A DNA stretch of 64,000 nucleotides from Bauldia sp. (GTDB lineage: Bacteria > Pseudomonadota > Alphaproteobacteria > Rhizobiales > Kaistiaceae): positions 8,877 through 72,876 of the forward strand of contig DATCBY010000072.1 in NCBI GenBank assembly GCA_036511595.1, written 5' to 3'. Shown here one piece after another: positions 9,055 to 18,115 of the stretch. The position numbers and the translations under genes were made by a program. The stretch's first letter is position 1. Each line of letters begins with the position of its first letter. The notes below the pieces were generated by a model. That model searched no databases, was not told where the DNA came from, and worked only from the letters and a program-made list of their open reading frames with translations.

Positions 9055-10653
9055 CTAGGCCCCCTTCACCCCGGCCTTGAGCAGCTTGTAAACGATCGCA
9101 TCGTTCAGCGCCTCGAACGAAGCATCGACGATGTTCTCCGATACGCCGACCGTGAACCACGAGTCCCCGGAAGCATCGGTCGACTCGATCAGCACGCGCG
9201 TCACCGCCGCCGTGCCGCCATTGAGGATGCGCACCTTGTAGTCCGTGAGTTCGAGGTCGGCGATGGTGTCGCGATAGACACCGAGGTCCTTGCGCAGCGC
9301 CTGGTCGAGCGCGTTCACCGGGCCGTTGCCCTCGCCGACCGTCAGCAGCCGCTCGCCGCCGACCTTCAGCTTCACTACCGCTTCCGACACCGAGATCAGT
9401 TCGCCGACCGCGTTGTGCCGGCGCTCGACGGTGACGTGAAAACTTTCGACATCGAAATAGGTGGGCACGCCGCCGAGCAGCCGCCGCGCCAGCAGTTCGA
9501 ACGAGGCCGCCGCGCCCTCGTAGGCATAGCCGACCGACTCGCGCTCCTTGACCGTGCGCAACAGCGTGTCCAGCCGCCGGTCGTTGCGGTCGACCTCCAG
9601 ACCAAAGCGGGCCAGCTCCGCGACGAGATTGGCCTTGCCGCCCTGATCGGAAACCAGAACATGCCGACGGTTGCCGACCAGCTGGGGCATGACGTGCTCA
9701 TAGGTCTTCGGGTCCCGCGCGATGGCCGAGGCATGGATGCCCGCCTTGGTCGTGAACGCACTGCCTCCGACGTAGGCAGCCTGCCGGTTGGGCGCCCGGT
9801 TGACCATCTCGTCGAAACGCCGCGACAGCGCGGTGAGGTCGGCCAGCCCCGCCATCGATACCCCGATGTCGAAACGGTCGGCATACCCGGACTTCAGCAT
9901 GAGCGTCGGGATGAGCGATGTCAGGTTGGCGTTGCCGGTCCGCTCGCCGATGCCGTTCAGCGTCCCCTGGATTTGCCGCGCTCCGGCGCGCACCGCAGCC
10001 AGCGAATTGGCCACCGCCTGCTCGGTGTCGTTGTGCGCGTGGATGCCGAGGCGTTCGCCCGGAATGGCGCGCGCGACTTCGCTGACAATCGCTTCGACTT
10101 CCTCCGGCAGCGTGCCGCCGTTGGTGTCGCAGAGCACCACCCAGCGCGCCCCGGCCTCATAAGCGGCAACGGCACAGGCGAGAGCATAAGCCGGGTTCGC
10201 CTTGTAGCCATCGAAGAAATGCTCGCAGTCGACGAGGACTTCCCTGCCCGCCTCGCGCGCTGCCGTCACCGACTGGCGGATACCTTCGAGGTTTTCCGAC
10301 TCCGTCGTCTGCAGCGCCACGCGCACATGGTAGTCCCACGTCTTGGCAACGAAGCAGATTGCGTCGGCCTTGGCGTCGATGAGCGCGCGCAACCCCGGAT
10401 CGTTCGAGACACTCACGCCGGGCCGCTTGGTCATGCCGAACGCGGTGAATTTCGCGTGGTCTGTCCGCTTCTCCCCGAAGAATGCCGTGTCGGTAGGGTT
10501 GGCGCCCGGATAGCCGCCCTCGACATAGTCCACGCCCAGCCTATCGAGCATCGCCGCGATGGCGACCTTGTCGTCGAGCGTGAAGTCGACGCCACTGGTC
10601 TGCGCCCCATCGCGGAGCGTCGTGTCGAACAGGTAGAGACGTTCCTTGTTCAT
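9055..10653 (-). CDS. cimA: Citramalate synthase / LeuA-related 2-alkylmalate synthase
   Basis: MNKERLYLFDTTLRDGAQTSGVDFTLDDKVAIAAMLDRLGVDYVEGGYPGANPTD and HAHNDTEQAVANSLAAV, at about 532 aa, fit the TIGR00977-like architecture with a C-terminal LeuA dimerisation domain. Confidence 0.85.
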   Translation of the reverse strand: MNKERLYLFDTTLRDGAQTSGVDFTLDDKVAIAAMLDRLGVDYVEGGYPGANPTDTAFFGEKRTDHAKFTAFGMTKRPGVSVSNDPGLRALIDAKADAICFVAKTWDYHVRVALQTTESENLEGIRQSVTAAREAGREVLVDCEHFFDGYKANPAYALACAVAAYEAGARWVVLCDTNGGTLPEEVEAIVSEVARAIPGERLGIHAHNDTEQAVANSLAAVRAGARQIQGTLNGIGERTGNANLTSLIPTLMLKSGYADRFDIGVSMAGLADLTALSRRFDEMVNRAPNRQAAYVGGSAFTTKAGIHASAIARDPKTYEHVMPQLVGNRRHVLVSDQGGKANLVAELARFGLEVDRNDRRLDTLLRTVKERESVGYAYEGAAASFELLARRLLGGVPTYFDVESFHVTVERRHNAVGELISVSEAVVKLKVGGERLLTVGEGNGPVNALDQALRKDLGVYRDTIADLELTDYKVRILNGGTAAVTRVLIESTDASGDSWFTVGVSENIVDASFEALNDAIVYKLLKAGVKGA

Positions 10654-11126
10654 GCCTGCGCCTCGGCCGGCCACACCGCCGTATCGTGGTCCGGGTGCTG
10701 GAAATTCACCACGGCGGCGTTGAACGCGTCCTGCCTGGGGTCTTCGCCGGGCATCCGCATGTGTAGGTTCGGCAGGCCGTCCGTGAACGGCAACTTGTCG
10801 CGCGGGTTCACCTGCTCGATCGGTGCCACTGCCACGGGATTGTCGAACGCCCCGATGGCGAGCTCCAACTCACCCTCGGCCTCATAGGCAAGCGGCGTCC
10901 CGCAGGCAGCGCAGAATCCGCGCCGGGCGAGGTTGGAACTCTGGAACCAGCCCGGCGCGCCGCGCGTCCACGTCACGCCGAAGCAGGTGACGAGAGGCGC
11001 GAAGAACGAGCCGAACTGCTTCTGGCACATGCGGCAATGGCAGATCGAGCCGCGCCCCACCCGCTCGACACGGAAGCGCACGGCTCCGCATTGACAGCCG
11101 CCGGTCAATTCCTGGACTTCGCTCAT
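10650..11126 (-). CDS. GFA family protein (glutathione-dependent formaldehyde-activating/CENP-V-like Zn-Cys domain)
   Basis: GGCQCGAVRFRV...ICHCRMCQKQFGS...GFCAACGTPL is a Cys-rich GFA pattern. Its stop overlaps the cimA start as ATGA. Confidence 0.85.
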   Translation of the reverse strand: MSEVQELTGGCQCGAVRFRVERVGRGSICHCRMCQKQFGSFFAPLVTCFGVTWTRGAPGWFQSSNLARRGFCAACGTPLAYEAEGELELAIGAFDNPVAVAPIEQVNPRDKLPFTDGLPNLHMRMPGEDPRQDAFNAAVVNFQHPDHDTAVWPAEAQA

Positions 11127-11152
11127 CGTTGTCTCTTGGCGCCCGCCGGCCA

Positions 11153-11542
11153 TCATGGCTGGCGGCATACCGCTTCGATGTTGTTGCCGTCCGGATCAAA
11201 CACAAAGGCGGCATAGTAATTCGGATTGTAGTTGGCACGGATTCCGGGTGGTCCGTTGTCCGTGCCGCCTGCGGCCATCGCCGCCTTGTAGAAGGCGTCG
11301 ACCTCGCCGTGGTTCGCTGCGCTGAACGCAAGATGCACGCGCGGCGTCGCCTTGCCGCCGCCGGCGATCACAACGACCGACGCTTCCGGCCTTCCATAAA
11401 TGGCGACATCGAACTTTCCCGTCTGGCTTTTCAGCATCTCCCGACGCAGCGCGATACCCAACGCCTGCAGCGCGGCGTCGTAGAAACGCCGCGCTGCGGG
11501 ATAGTCGCCGACGCTGAGGCTGGCGTGGTCCAGTCCGCTCAT
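11153..11542 (-). CDS. VOC (glyoxalase/bleomycin resistance/dioxygenase) family protein
   Basis: 129 aa: MSGLDHASLSVGDYPAARRFYDAALQALG...AGGTDNGPPGIRANYNPNYYAAFVFDPDGNNIEAV. It is a paralogue of the upstream gene. Confidence 0.85.
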   Translation of the reverse strand: MSGLDHASLSVGDYPAARRFYDAALQALGIALRREMLKSQTGKFDVAIYGRPEASVVVIAGGGKATPRVHLAFSAANHGEVDAFYKAAMAAGGTDNGPPGIRANYNPNYYAAFVFDPDGNNIEAVCRQP

Positions 11543-12099
11543 TTCTTCCTGCCCTTGCGCCCTTTTTTGGCGGCGGGCTTACGCTTGGCCGCCGGCTTCT
11601 TGGCAGCCTTCCGCGCAGGCTTCTTTGCAGTCGCCGATTTGGCTGGCCTCTTTGCAGTCTTTGCCGCCGAGCGCTTGGCCGCGGCGCGCTTGCGGGCCGG
11701 CTTCGCCGGCATGTCGGGCGAGTGCACCACCGCCTCGATGTTGTGCCCATCCGGATCGAGCACGAACGCCGCGTAGTAGTGCTCGTGATAGTGCGGCCGC
11801 GGTCCGGGCGCGCCGTTGTCGGTTCCCCCCGCCGCTATCGCCGCGGCGTAGAACGCGTTGACCTGACCGCGGTTCTCGGCGCGGAGCGCAATATGCACAG
11901 GCGGACTGGTCTTGCCGCCGCCGGAGATCCACAGAAACGGCTTGCCGGGCAAACCGATTCCCATGACGCGTGATCCGTCATCCATGGGAAATTCCATTTG
12001 CAGACCGCAGCCCAGTGGCGCCAGCGCCGCGGCATAAAACGCCTTCGCTTTCGCGTAGTCCGAAACGCTCAGGCTCGTGTGATCGATATCAATCGTCAT
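11539..12099 (-). CDS. VOC family protein fused to a C-terminal Lys/Ala-rich histone-H1-like tail
   Basis: VOC core MTIDIDHTSLSVSDYAKAKAFYAAALAPLG...AGGTDNGAPGPRPHYHEHYYAAFVLDPDGHNIEAV. It is followed by PAKPARKRAAAKRSAAKTAKRPAKSATAKKPARKAAKKPAAKRKPAAKKGRKGRKK. RBS GAGGAGGG precedes the ATG (12097-12099). The stop overlaps the next VOC start (ATGA). Confidence 0.85.
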   Translation of the reverse strand: MTIDIDHTSLSVSDYAKAKAFYAAALAPLGCGLQMEFPMDDGSRVMGIGLPGKPFLWISGGGKTSPPVHIALRAENRGQVNAFYAAAIAAGGTDNGAPGPRPHYHEHYYAAFVLDPDGHNIEAVVHSPDMPAKPARKRAAAKRSAAKTAKRPAKSATAKKPARKAAKKPAAKRKPAAKKGRKGRKK

Positions 12100-12233
12100 T
12101 GTTTGACCCTCCTCAGTTGTTGTCGCTTATCAACTGCGCCACCCTGCCCACCATCGTCATCGCACGTCCATGCGTCACCGTCATGATCTGCTGAGACCCG
12201 CCCAGCCACCCACGAATGCGGGCATCCAGCCTT

Positions 12234-12304
12234 CCGTCTTGCCCGCACTCCGGCCAACGCGCAGAGCAAGACGTGGATGGGCCGGCCAAGCCCGGCCATG
12301 ACGG
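12234..12304. repeat. REP-like compound palindromic element downstream of cysS
   Basis: Nested inverted repeats: cgtcttgc (12235-42) with gcaagacg (12266-73), ggccgg (12080 offset corrected: 12280-85) with ccggcc (12292-97), and outer ccgtc with gacgg. The core gtggatgggccggccaagcccggccatgacgg matches an intergenic palindrome family common in Bradyrhizobium-like genomes, from memory. It yields the typical spurious peptides DVDGPAKPGHDG and VMAGLGRPIHVL in the track. Confidence 0.6.
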
Positions 12305-12318
12305 AGCAAGGAAGCACA

Positions 12319-13833
12319 TCACCGCTTCACTTCCCACGTCGTCACCAACTCGCCAGTGTTGGGGTCCTTCGCGTCCTTCAACGCGATCCCCATCGCATCC
12401 AGCTCGTCGCGGATGCGATCGGCCTCTGCGAAATCTTTCGCGGCTCGAGCAGATAGACGATCAGTAATCAAATCTTGCACAACAAATGCGTCGATACCTC
12501 GAGCTGACGCGTCAGCGGCGCGCTCCCTCTCCTCAACGGAGCGTATAGCCTTGGCGATCTCCGCGCGAATGTCCGCCTTATACTCCGCCGCGCCGGCTAC
12601 CGCTTCCGACACGGTTGCTTCAAAACCGAGGAGCGCCAACGACGCGACTAGCTCGGCTGAAGCTTCGCGCCCTCTGGAAGAGCCTCGGCTGGAGAAGGTT
12701 TCTTTCGCTAGACGGCGTAGAACAGAGATCGCGAGAGGAGTGTTGACGTCGTCTGCAAGCGCTTCCACAAAATCTGCCGGGGGCGTCGATGGCAAAGTCA
12801 GCCTTATTCTCTTACGCCACGCCTCTATCTCCGTGGCGCTTTCGATCAGCGCATGCTCGGTCCAATCGACCGGCTCTCGATAGTGGGTCTTCAGCATATT
12901 GAGGCGCACAATGTCTCCGGCATTTCGCCAGCCGCGCAGACGGGTGAGCGCGTCCCGTATCGTCACAAAATTCCCGGTCGACTTCGACATCTTCTCCCCC
13001 TCCACCTGGAGGAAGCCGTTGTGCAGCCAGTAGTTGGCCATCGTCGCCGTGCCGTGGGCGCAGCGCGATTGGGCGATCTCGTTTTCGTGGTGCGGGAAGA
13101 TGAGGTCGATGCCGCCGCCGTGGATGTCGAAGGTGTCGCCGAGCAGCGCCCCGGCCATCGCCGAGCACTCGATGTGCCAGCCCGGCCGCCCGTTCGACCA
13201 CGGCGAAGGCCACGCCGGCTCGCCCGGCTTCGATGGCTTCCACAGCACGAAGTCCATCGGGTCCTTCTTGTAGGGCGCCACTTCCACCCGCGCCCCGGCG
13301 ATCATGTCGTCGAGCGCCCGGTTGGAGAGCGTGCCGTAGTCCGGCATCGACGGCACATGGAAGAGCACGTGCCCCTCAGCCGCGTAGGCATGACCGTTGG
13401 CGATGAGGTCGGCGATCAGCCGGATCATGTCGGTCGATGCCGCTTCGCGCTCGACATAGTCGGTGGCGCGCGGCTCGTGCGTCGGCCGCAGGCATCCCAG
13501 CGCATCGACGTCGGCATGGAACTGCGCCGTCGTCTTCTCGGTCACCGCCCGGATCGCATCGTTCAGCGGCAGGTCAGGATATTCCTGCGCCGCGCGCGAG
13601 TTGATCTTGTCGTCCACGTCCGTGATGTTGCGGACATACGTGACGTGCTTGTCGCCATAGAGGTGTCGCAGAAGCCGGAACAGCACGTCGAAGACGATCA
13701 GCGGGCGGGCGTTGCCGATGTGCGCGAAGTCGTAGACCGTCGGCCCACAGACGTACATGCGCACGTTCTTCGGGTCGATCGGCACGAAGTCCTGCTTCGT
13801 GCGTGTCAGCGTGTTGTGCAGTCGCAAGACCAT
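12319..13833 (-). CDS. cysS: Cysteine--tRNA ligase
   Basis: [19 protein letters not shown] (HIGH motif), KMSKSTGNF (KMSKS motif) and Zn-binding Cys/His residues. 504 aa. Confidence 0.95.
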   Translation of the reverse strand: MVLRLHNTLTRTKQDFVPIDPKNVRMYVCGPTVYDFAHIGNARPLIVFDVLFRLLRHLYGDKHVTYVRNITDVDDKINSRAAQEYPDLPLNDAIRAVTEKTTAQFHADVDALGCLRPTHEPRATDYVEREAASTDMIRLIADLIANGHAYAAEGHVLFHVPSMPDYGTLSNRALDDMIAGARVEVAPYKKDPMDFVLWKPSKPGEPAWPSPWSNGRPGWHIECSAMAGALLGDTFDIHGGGIDLIFPHHENEIAQSRCAHGTATMANYWLHNGFLQVEGEKMSKSTGNFVTIRDALTRLRGWRNAGDIVRLNMLKTHYREPVDWTEHALIESATEIEAWRKRIRLTLPSTPPADFVEALADDVNTPLAISVLRRLAKETFSSRGSSRGREASAELVASLALLGFEATVSEAVAGAAEYKADIRAEIAKAIRSVEERERAADASARGIDAFVVQDLITDRLSARAAKDFAEADRIRDELDAMGIALKDAKDPNTGELVTTWEVKR

Positions 13834-14086
13834 AATCGCAAGGTCTCCCGCAAGAGGCGCGGAGCGGCCAAGCCGCGCCCCGGGGCCAAAAATGCCGGCC
13901 GGGCGATCGTCTCGTCTTCAGATGGGCAAAGAGAGGACGGCCTCAGCCAGCGTGTCAGCTAGCCGGTAATAATGCAGAAAGTGCAAATCGCGCGAGCGCG
14001 CGCCGTCGTCATGCCGCTGCAATCGCCGATTTGCCCGAAAAGGTCAAGCGCGCCCTCGCCCTTGCACACCGCCGCCGTTCCCGCGA

Positions 14087-15328
14087 ATGCTGCGGGCCAT
14101 GCTCCGCCGCCTCGTCTTTTTCGCTCTCGCGCTTGCCCTCGCCGCTCCGGCCTTTGCCGCCGTCGATCGCCCCGCCGTGGAGAAGCAGTTCCAGGCATGG
14201 ATCGTCGCCGACCTGTGGCCGGACGCCAAAGCCGCCGGCGTCTCGCGGCCGGTGTTCGACCGCGCCTTCGCCGGCGTCACCCTCGACTGGACCATGCCCG
14301 AGCTGCAGCCGCCCGGCGCCCCGGCGACGCTGCCGCCGAACGATGCCCAAGCCGAATTCCGCGCCCCCGGCGCCTACTTCAACGAGAAAATCCTGGCGAG
14401 CCTCGCCGCCGCCGGCCGCCAGAAGCTCACCCAGTGGCAGAAGACGCTGACCGCAATCGCCGCCAGGTACGGCGTACCCGCGCCGATCCTCGTGGCCATT
14501 TGGGCGAAGGAAACCGGCTATGGCGCCGAGCACCTGCCGAAGCTCGTCGTTCCCGCGCTCGCCACCGAAGCCTTCATCGGCCTCCGCAAGGATTACTTCC
14601 GCGGCCAGTTGATCGCGGCTTTGCAGATCCTGCAGCGCGGCGACGTCACGCCCGACCAGATGCGCGCCTCGTGGGCCGGCGCCATGGGCCAGTCGCAGAT
14701 CATGCCGTCCGAGTTCCTGCAGTCGGCGGTCGATTTCGATGGCGACGGCAAGAGCGACATCTGGAACTCCGTCCCCGACAGCCTCGCCACCACCGCCCGC
14801 CTCATCGCCGGCCAAGGCTGGCAGGCGGCGCGCGGCTGGGGCGTCGAAGCACGCGTTCCGGAGGGCGTAGCCTGCACGCTGGAGGGCCCCGAACAGGGCA
14901 AGCCCGTCGCCGCATGGCAAAGGCTCGGCGTCACCCGCATCGACGGCACGCCGCTGCCGCCCGACGCCGGCAACGACTACCTGCTCATGCCCGGTGGCCG
15001 CTTTGGCCCAGCGTTCATCGTCACCGACAATTTCTATCGCCTGAAGGCGTACAACAACTCCGACCTCTACGCCATCTACATCGCCCAGCTCGCCGACCGC
15101 TTCGGCAACGACCGCCCCTTCGTCGCCTCCTGGTCGGCGCCGACCGGCTTCAGCCGCGCCGAGGTCAAGCTCATGCAGGATCGGCTGGTGACAAAGGGCT
15201 ACGATGTCGGCAAGGCCGATGGCCTCGTCGGCTTCAAGACACGCATCGCCATCGGCCTCTGGCAGGCGAAGCACGGGCAACCATCTACGTGCTATCCCGA
15301 CGCCACGCTGGTGAAGACCATCCGCTGA
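14087..15328 (+). CDS. mltB: Lytic murein transglycosylase (MltB family) with C-terminal peptidoglycan-binding domain
   Basis: Signal peptide MLRAMLRRLVFFALALALAAPAFA. MltB blocks AIWAKETGYG and GAMGQSQIMPSEFLQSAVDFDGDGKSDIW. C-terminal PG_binding_1-like LMQDRLVTKGYDVGKADGLVGFKTRIAI. Confidence 0.9.
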   Translation: MLRAMLRRLVFFALALALAAPAFAAVDRPAVEKQFQAWIVADLWPDAKAAGVSRPVFDRAFAGVTLDWTMPELQPPGAPATLPPNDAQAEFRAPGAYFNEKILASLAAAGRQKLTQWQKTLTAIAARYGVPAPILVAIWAKETGYGAEHLPKLVVPALATEAFIGLRKDYFRGQLIAALQILQRGDVTPDQMRASWAGAMGQSQIMPSEFLQSAVDFDGDGKSDIWNSVPDSLATTARLIAGQGWQAARGWGVEARVPEGVACTLEGPEQGKPVAAWQRLGVTRIDGTPLPPDAGNDYLLMPGGRFGPAFIVTDNFYRLKAYNNSDLYAIYIAQLADRFGNDRPFVASWSAPTGFSRAEVKLMQDRLVTKGYDVGKADGLVGFKTRIAIGLWQAKHGQPSTCYPDATLVKTIR

Positions 15329-15351
15329 TCGCGCGTCCCCCGGAGTTTCGT

Positions 15352-16452
15352 TTGCCGTCTCACGTCTGGTCCCCGCAACAGGATGCCGCGCTCGCCGCCG
15401 TGGCGCGCTGGCTGAAGGCCGGCGAGCAGCCGGTGTTCCGCCTGTTCGGCTACGCCGGCACCGGCAAGACCACGCTTGCCCGCCACATCGCCGAGGGCGC
15501 CGACCGTGGCGTCGTCTTCGCCGCCTTCACTGGCAAGGCGGCGCACGTCATGCGGAGCAAGGGCTGTACCGGCGCCCGCACCATCCACAGCCTCATCTAC
15601 CGTTCGCGCGGCGAGGACGAGAACGGCCCGACCTTCGTCCTCAACGACGACAGCGAGGCCGGCAAGGTCGGCCTCATCATCATCGATGAATGTTCGATGG
15701 TCGACGACGAGATCGGCCGCGATCTCCTTTCCTTCGGCTCGCCGGTGCTGGTGCTGGGTGACCCGGCCCAGCTTCCGCCCATCGCCGGCGGCGGCTTCTT
15801 CACCGCCGCCGAGCCCGACGTGATGCTGACCGAAGTCCACCGCCAGGCGGCGGAAAACCCGATCATCCGCATGTCGATGACCATCCGCGAAGGGGGCAAG
15901 CTCGACGAAGGCTCTTACGGCGGCAGCCGCGTCGTCGGCCGCAACGACATCGACCACGAGGATGTGCTCGCCGCCGATCAGGTGCTGGTCGGGCGGAACG
16001 CCACCCGCCGCAGCTACAACACCCGCATCCGCGCCTTGCTCGAGCGCACCGACCCGGTGCCGGTTGCCGGCGACACGCTGGTGTGCCTGCGCAACGTGCG
16101 CAAGCGCGGTCTCCTCAACGGCAGCCTGTGGACGGTCGACCAGGCGCGCAAGCCCCGCAAGGGCCTGCTCCGCTATGCCCTGACGCCCGAGGAAGGCGAA
16201 GCCGGCAAGGCGACAACCGTCTCCATCAACCCGGCTTTCTTCGACGGCACCGCCGACGCCCTCTCCTGGCCCGAGCGCAAGCGCTCCGACGAGTTCGACT
16301 TCGGCTACGTCCTCACTGTTCACAAGGCGCAAGGCTCGCAGTGGGATGACGTCGTCCTTTTCGACGAGAGCTTCGCCTTCCGTGAGCACCGCGCCCGCTG
16401 GCTCTACACCGGCATCACCCGCGCCGCGCAGACGATCACAGTGGTGCGCTAG
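15352..16452 (+). CDS. SF1B Dda/RecD-like ATP-dependent DNA helicase (short, about 366 aa)
   Basis: Walker A GYAGTGKTTLA, IIIDECSMV, LVLGDPAQLPPI and C-terminal TVHKAQGSQWDDV. This is the in-frame tail of the artefactual 826-aa track ORF. The proposed start is TTG at 15352, 6 nt after GGAG (15342-45) and 23 nt after the mltB stop. Confidence 0.8.
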   Translation: MPSHVWSPQQDAALAAVARWLKAGEQPVFRLFGYAGTGKTTLARHIAEGADRGVVFAAFTGKAAHVMRSKGCTGARTIHSLIYRSRGEDENGPTFVLNDDSEAGKVGLIIIDECSMVDDEIGRDLLSFGSPVLVLGDPAQLPPIAGGGFFTAAEPDVMLTEVHRQAAENPIIRMSMTIREGGKLDEGSYGGSRVVGRNDIDHEDVLAADQVLVGRNATRRSYNTRIRALLERTDPVPVAGDTLVCLRNVRKRGLLNGSLWTVDQARKPRKGLLRYALTPEEGEAGKATTVSINPAFFDGTADALSWPERKRSDEFDFGYVLTVHKAQGSQWDDVVLFDESFAFREHRARWLYTGITRAAQTITVVR

Positions 16453-16630
16453 CGCCCGGCGCTCGCCGAAGGCTGCAAGATCGCCGCCTCGACGCTTATA
16501 ACCGCATGGGGTCCGCGCGAGCCTCGCCCGCAGGTCGGTATTGTCGCGAAGCCTTTGCCGCCAACCTCATTCCCCAACGACAACGGCGGCGAGCCGGTGG
16601 TCGAACGGGCCAAGGCAACTGGCGTCCGCC

Positions 16631-18115
16631 ATGGCAACGCAATATGACTCCCGAATGGCTGAGGTGCGCACCAACCGTAGGCTTGCGGCAATTCTTGCGG
16701 CTGATGTCGCGGGGTACAGCCGTCTGATGGGGGTAGACGAGGAGGGAACTCTGGCCCGCCTCACGGCTCACCGGCGCGAACTGTTCGATCCCGCCATCGC
16801 GAGGCACCGCGGCCGCATCGTGAAGACCACCGGTGACGGCCTGCTCGCCGAGTTTTCGAGCGTCGTCGATGCGGTGCGCTGCGCCGCCGAGGTTCAGGCC
16901 GGCATGGCCGAACGCAACGCCGCCAGCGACACACCACGCCTCGAATTCCGCATCGGCATTAACGTCGGCGACATCGTCATGCAGGACGACGACATCTTCG
17001 GCGACGGCGTCAACATCGCAGCGCGACTGGAAAGCATCGCCGACCCGGGCGGCATCTGGGTCTCACAGCGCGTGCAGGAAGACGCCGCCGGCAAGACGGG
17101 GATGAGGTTCGACGACCTCGGCGAGCGCGAACTGAAGAACATCGCGCGGCCTGTCCGGGTCTATTCCGTCGATTGGGGCGGCGCCCCGCGTGCTGCCCGC
17201 CCCTCGCCGGCGGTGTCCGTGCCGGTCAAGCCGTCAGTAGCGGTAATGTCGTTCGTCATCATGAGCGGCGACCCGGAGCAGGAATATTTCGCCGATGGCC
17301 TCGTCGAGGACTTGATCACCGACCTCTCCAAGATGCCGGGGTTCTTCGTCATCGCCCGCAATTCCACCTTCGCCTACAAGGGCCACCCCGTGGACATCCG
17401 CAAGGTCGCGAAGGAGCTGGGTGTCCGTTATGTGCTCGAAGGCAGCGTGCGCCGGGCGGCGAACCGAGTGCGCATCAACGGCCAGCTCATCGAAGGCACG
17501 TCGGGAAATCACGTCTGGGCGGAAAAATTCGAGGGTTCCTTCGAAGATATTTTCGATCTGCAGGATCGTCTGACCGAGAGTATCGTCGGCGCCCTCGAAC
17601 CGACGCTTCGGCGGGCCGAAATCGAGCGGGCCCGGAGCAAGCGCCCGGACATGCTCGATGCTTACGATTTCTATCTTCGGGCGCTGCCCCACGGCTTCGA
17701 CAACACACTCGCCGAGATAGCCGAGGCGATCGGCCTGTTGACGGAGGCGCTACGCCTCGACCCGAATTATGCCGTCGCACATGCGCATGCTTGCTGGTGC
17801 TATGAGCAGCGCTGGTTCCGTGGTGGGTTCAATCCGGAAGATCGAGAGGCGGCGCTGAGGCACGCAGCGCTAGCCATAAGCCCAGGGACCGTGCCCCGCC
17901 CGCTCAGGCCACCTTCCGCGCCGAAAACAAAATCGTCTGCAGCGGCATGCTTCCGGGATCGGCGCCGAACTCCCGGTGCAGCGCGTCCACCGTTGCCTCG
18001 AACACCGCCTCCGGATCGATGCCGCCGCGCGCCCGGATCTGTTCGACGACCGGGTTGCCGTAGATCAACCCGCGGGCAAAGGCGGCCGCGTCCGGAATCG
18101 TCTTGTCCAGTTTGA
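16631..18115 (+). CDS. Class III adenylate/guanylate cyclase domain protein with TolB-N-like and partial TPR region; probably 3'-truncated
   Basis: RRLAAILAADVAGYSRLM...GRIVKTTGDGLLAEF...FRIGINVGDIV...IFGDGVNIAARLE (CYTH-unrelated class III cyclase core). Then PSVAVMSFV...EYFADGLVEDLITDLSK. TPR-like sequence stops near 17880. The last ~78 codons are Arg/Pro-rich and lie antisense to the methyltransferase gene. Confidence 0.7.
   Translation: MATQYDSRMAEVRTNRRLAAILAADVAGYSRLMGVDEEGTLARLTAHRRELFDPAIARHRGRIVKTTGDGLLAEFSSVVDAVRCAAEVQAGMAERNAASDTPRLEFRIGINVGDIVMQDDDIFGDGVNIAARLESIADPGGIWVSQRVQEDAAGKTGMRFDDLGERELKNIARPVRVYSVDWGGAPRAARPSPAVSVPVKPSVAVMSFVIMSGDPEQEYFADGLVEDLITDLSKMPGFFVIARNSTFAYKGHPVDIRKVAKELGVRYVLEGSVRRAANRVRINGQLIEGTSGNHVWAEKFEGSFEDIFDLQDRLTESIVGALEPTLRRAEIERARSKRPDMLDAYDFYLRALPHGFDNTLAEIAEAIGLLTEALRLDPNYAVAHAHACWCYEQRWFRGGFNPEDREAALRHAALAISPGTVPRPLRPPSAPKTKSSAAACFRDRRRTPGAARPPLPRTPPPDRCRRAPGSVRRPGCRRSTRGQRRPRPESSCPV

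Noticed and set aside
13972-16452. 826-aa plus-strand ORF spanning mltB and the helicase
   Set aside because: The first ~460 codons are Arg/Pro/Ala-rich filler in a different frame from the well-supported mltB ORF (14087..15328). Recognisable helicase motifs begin only after 15352. This is a high-GC open-frame artefact fused to a real gene.
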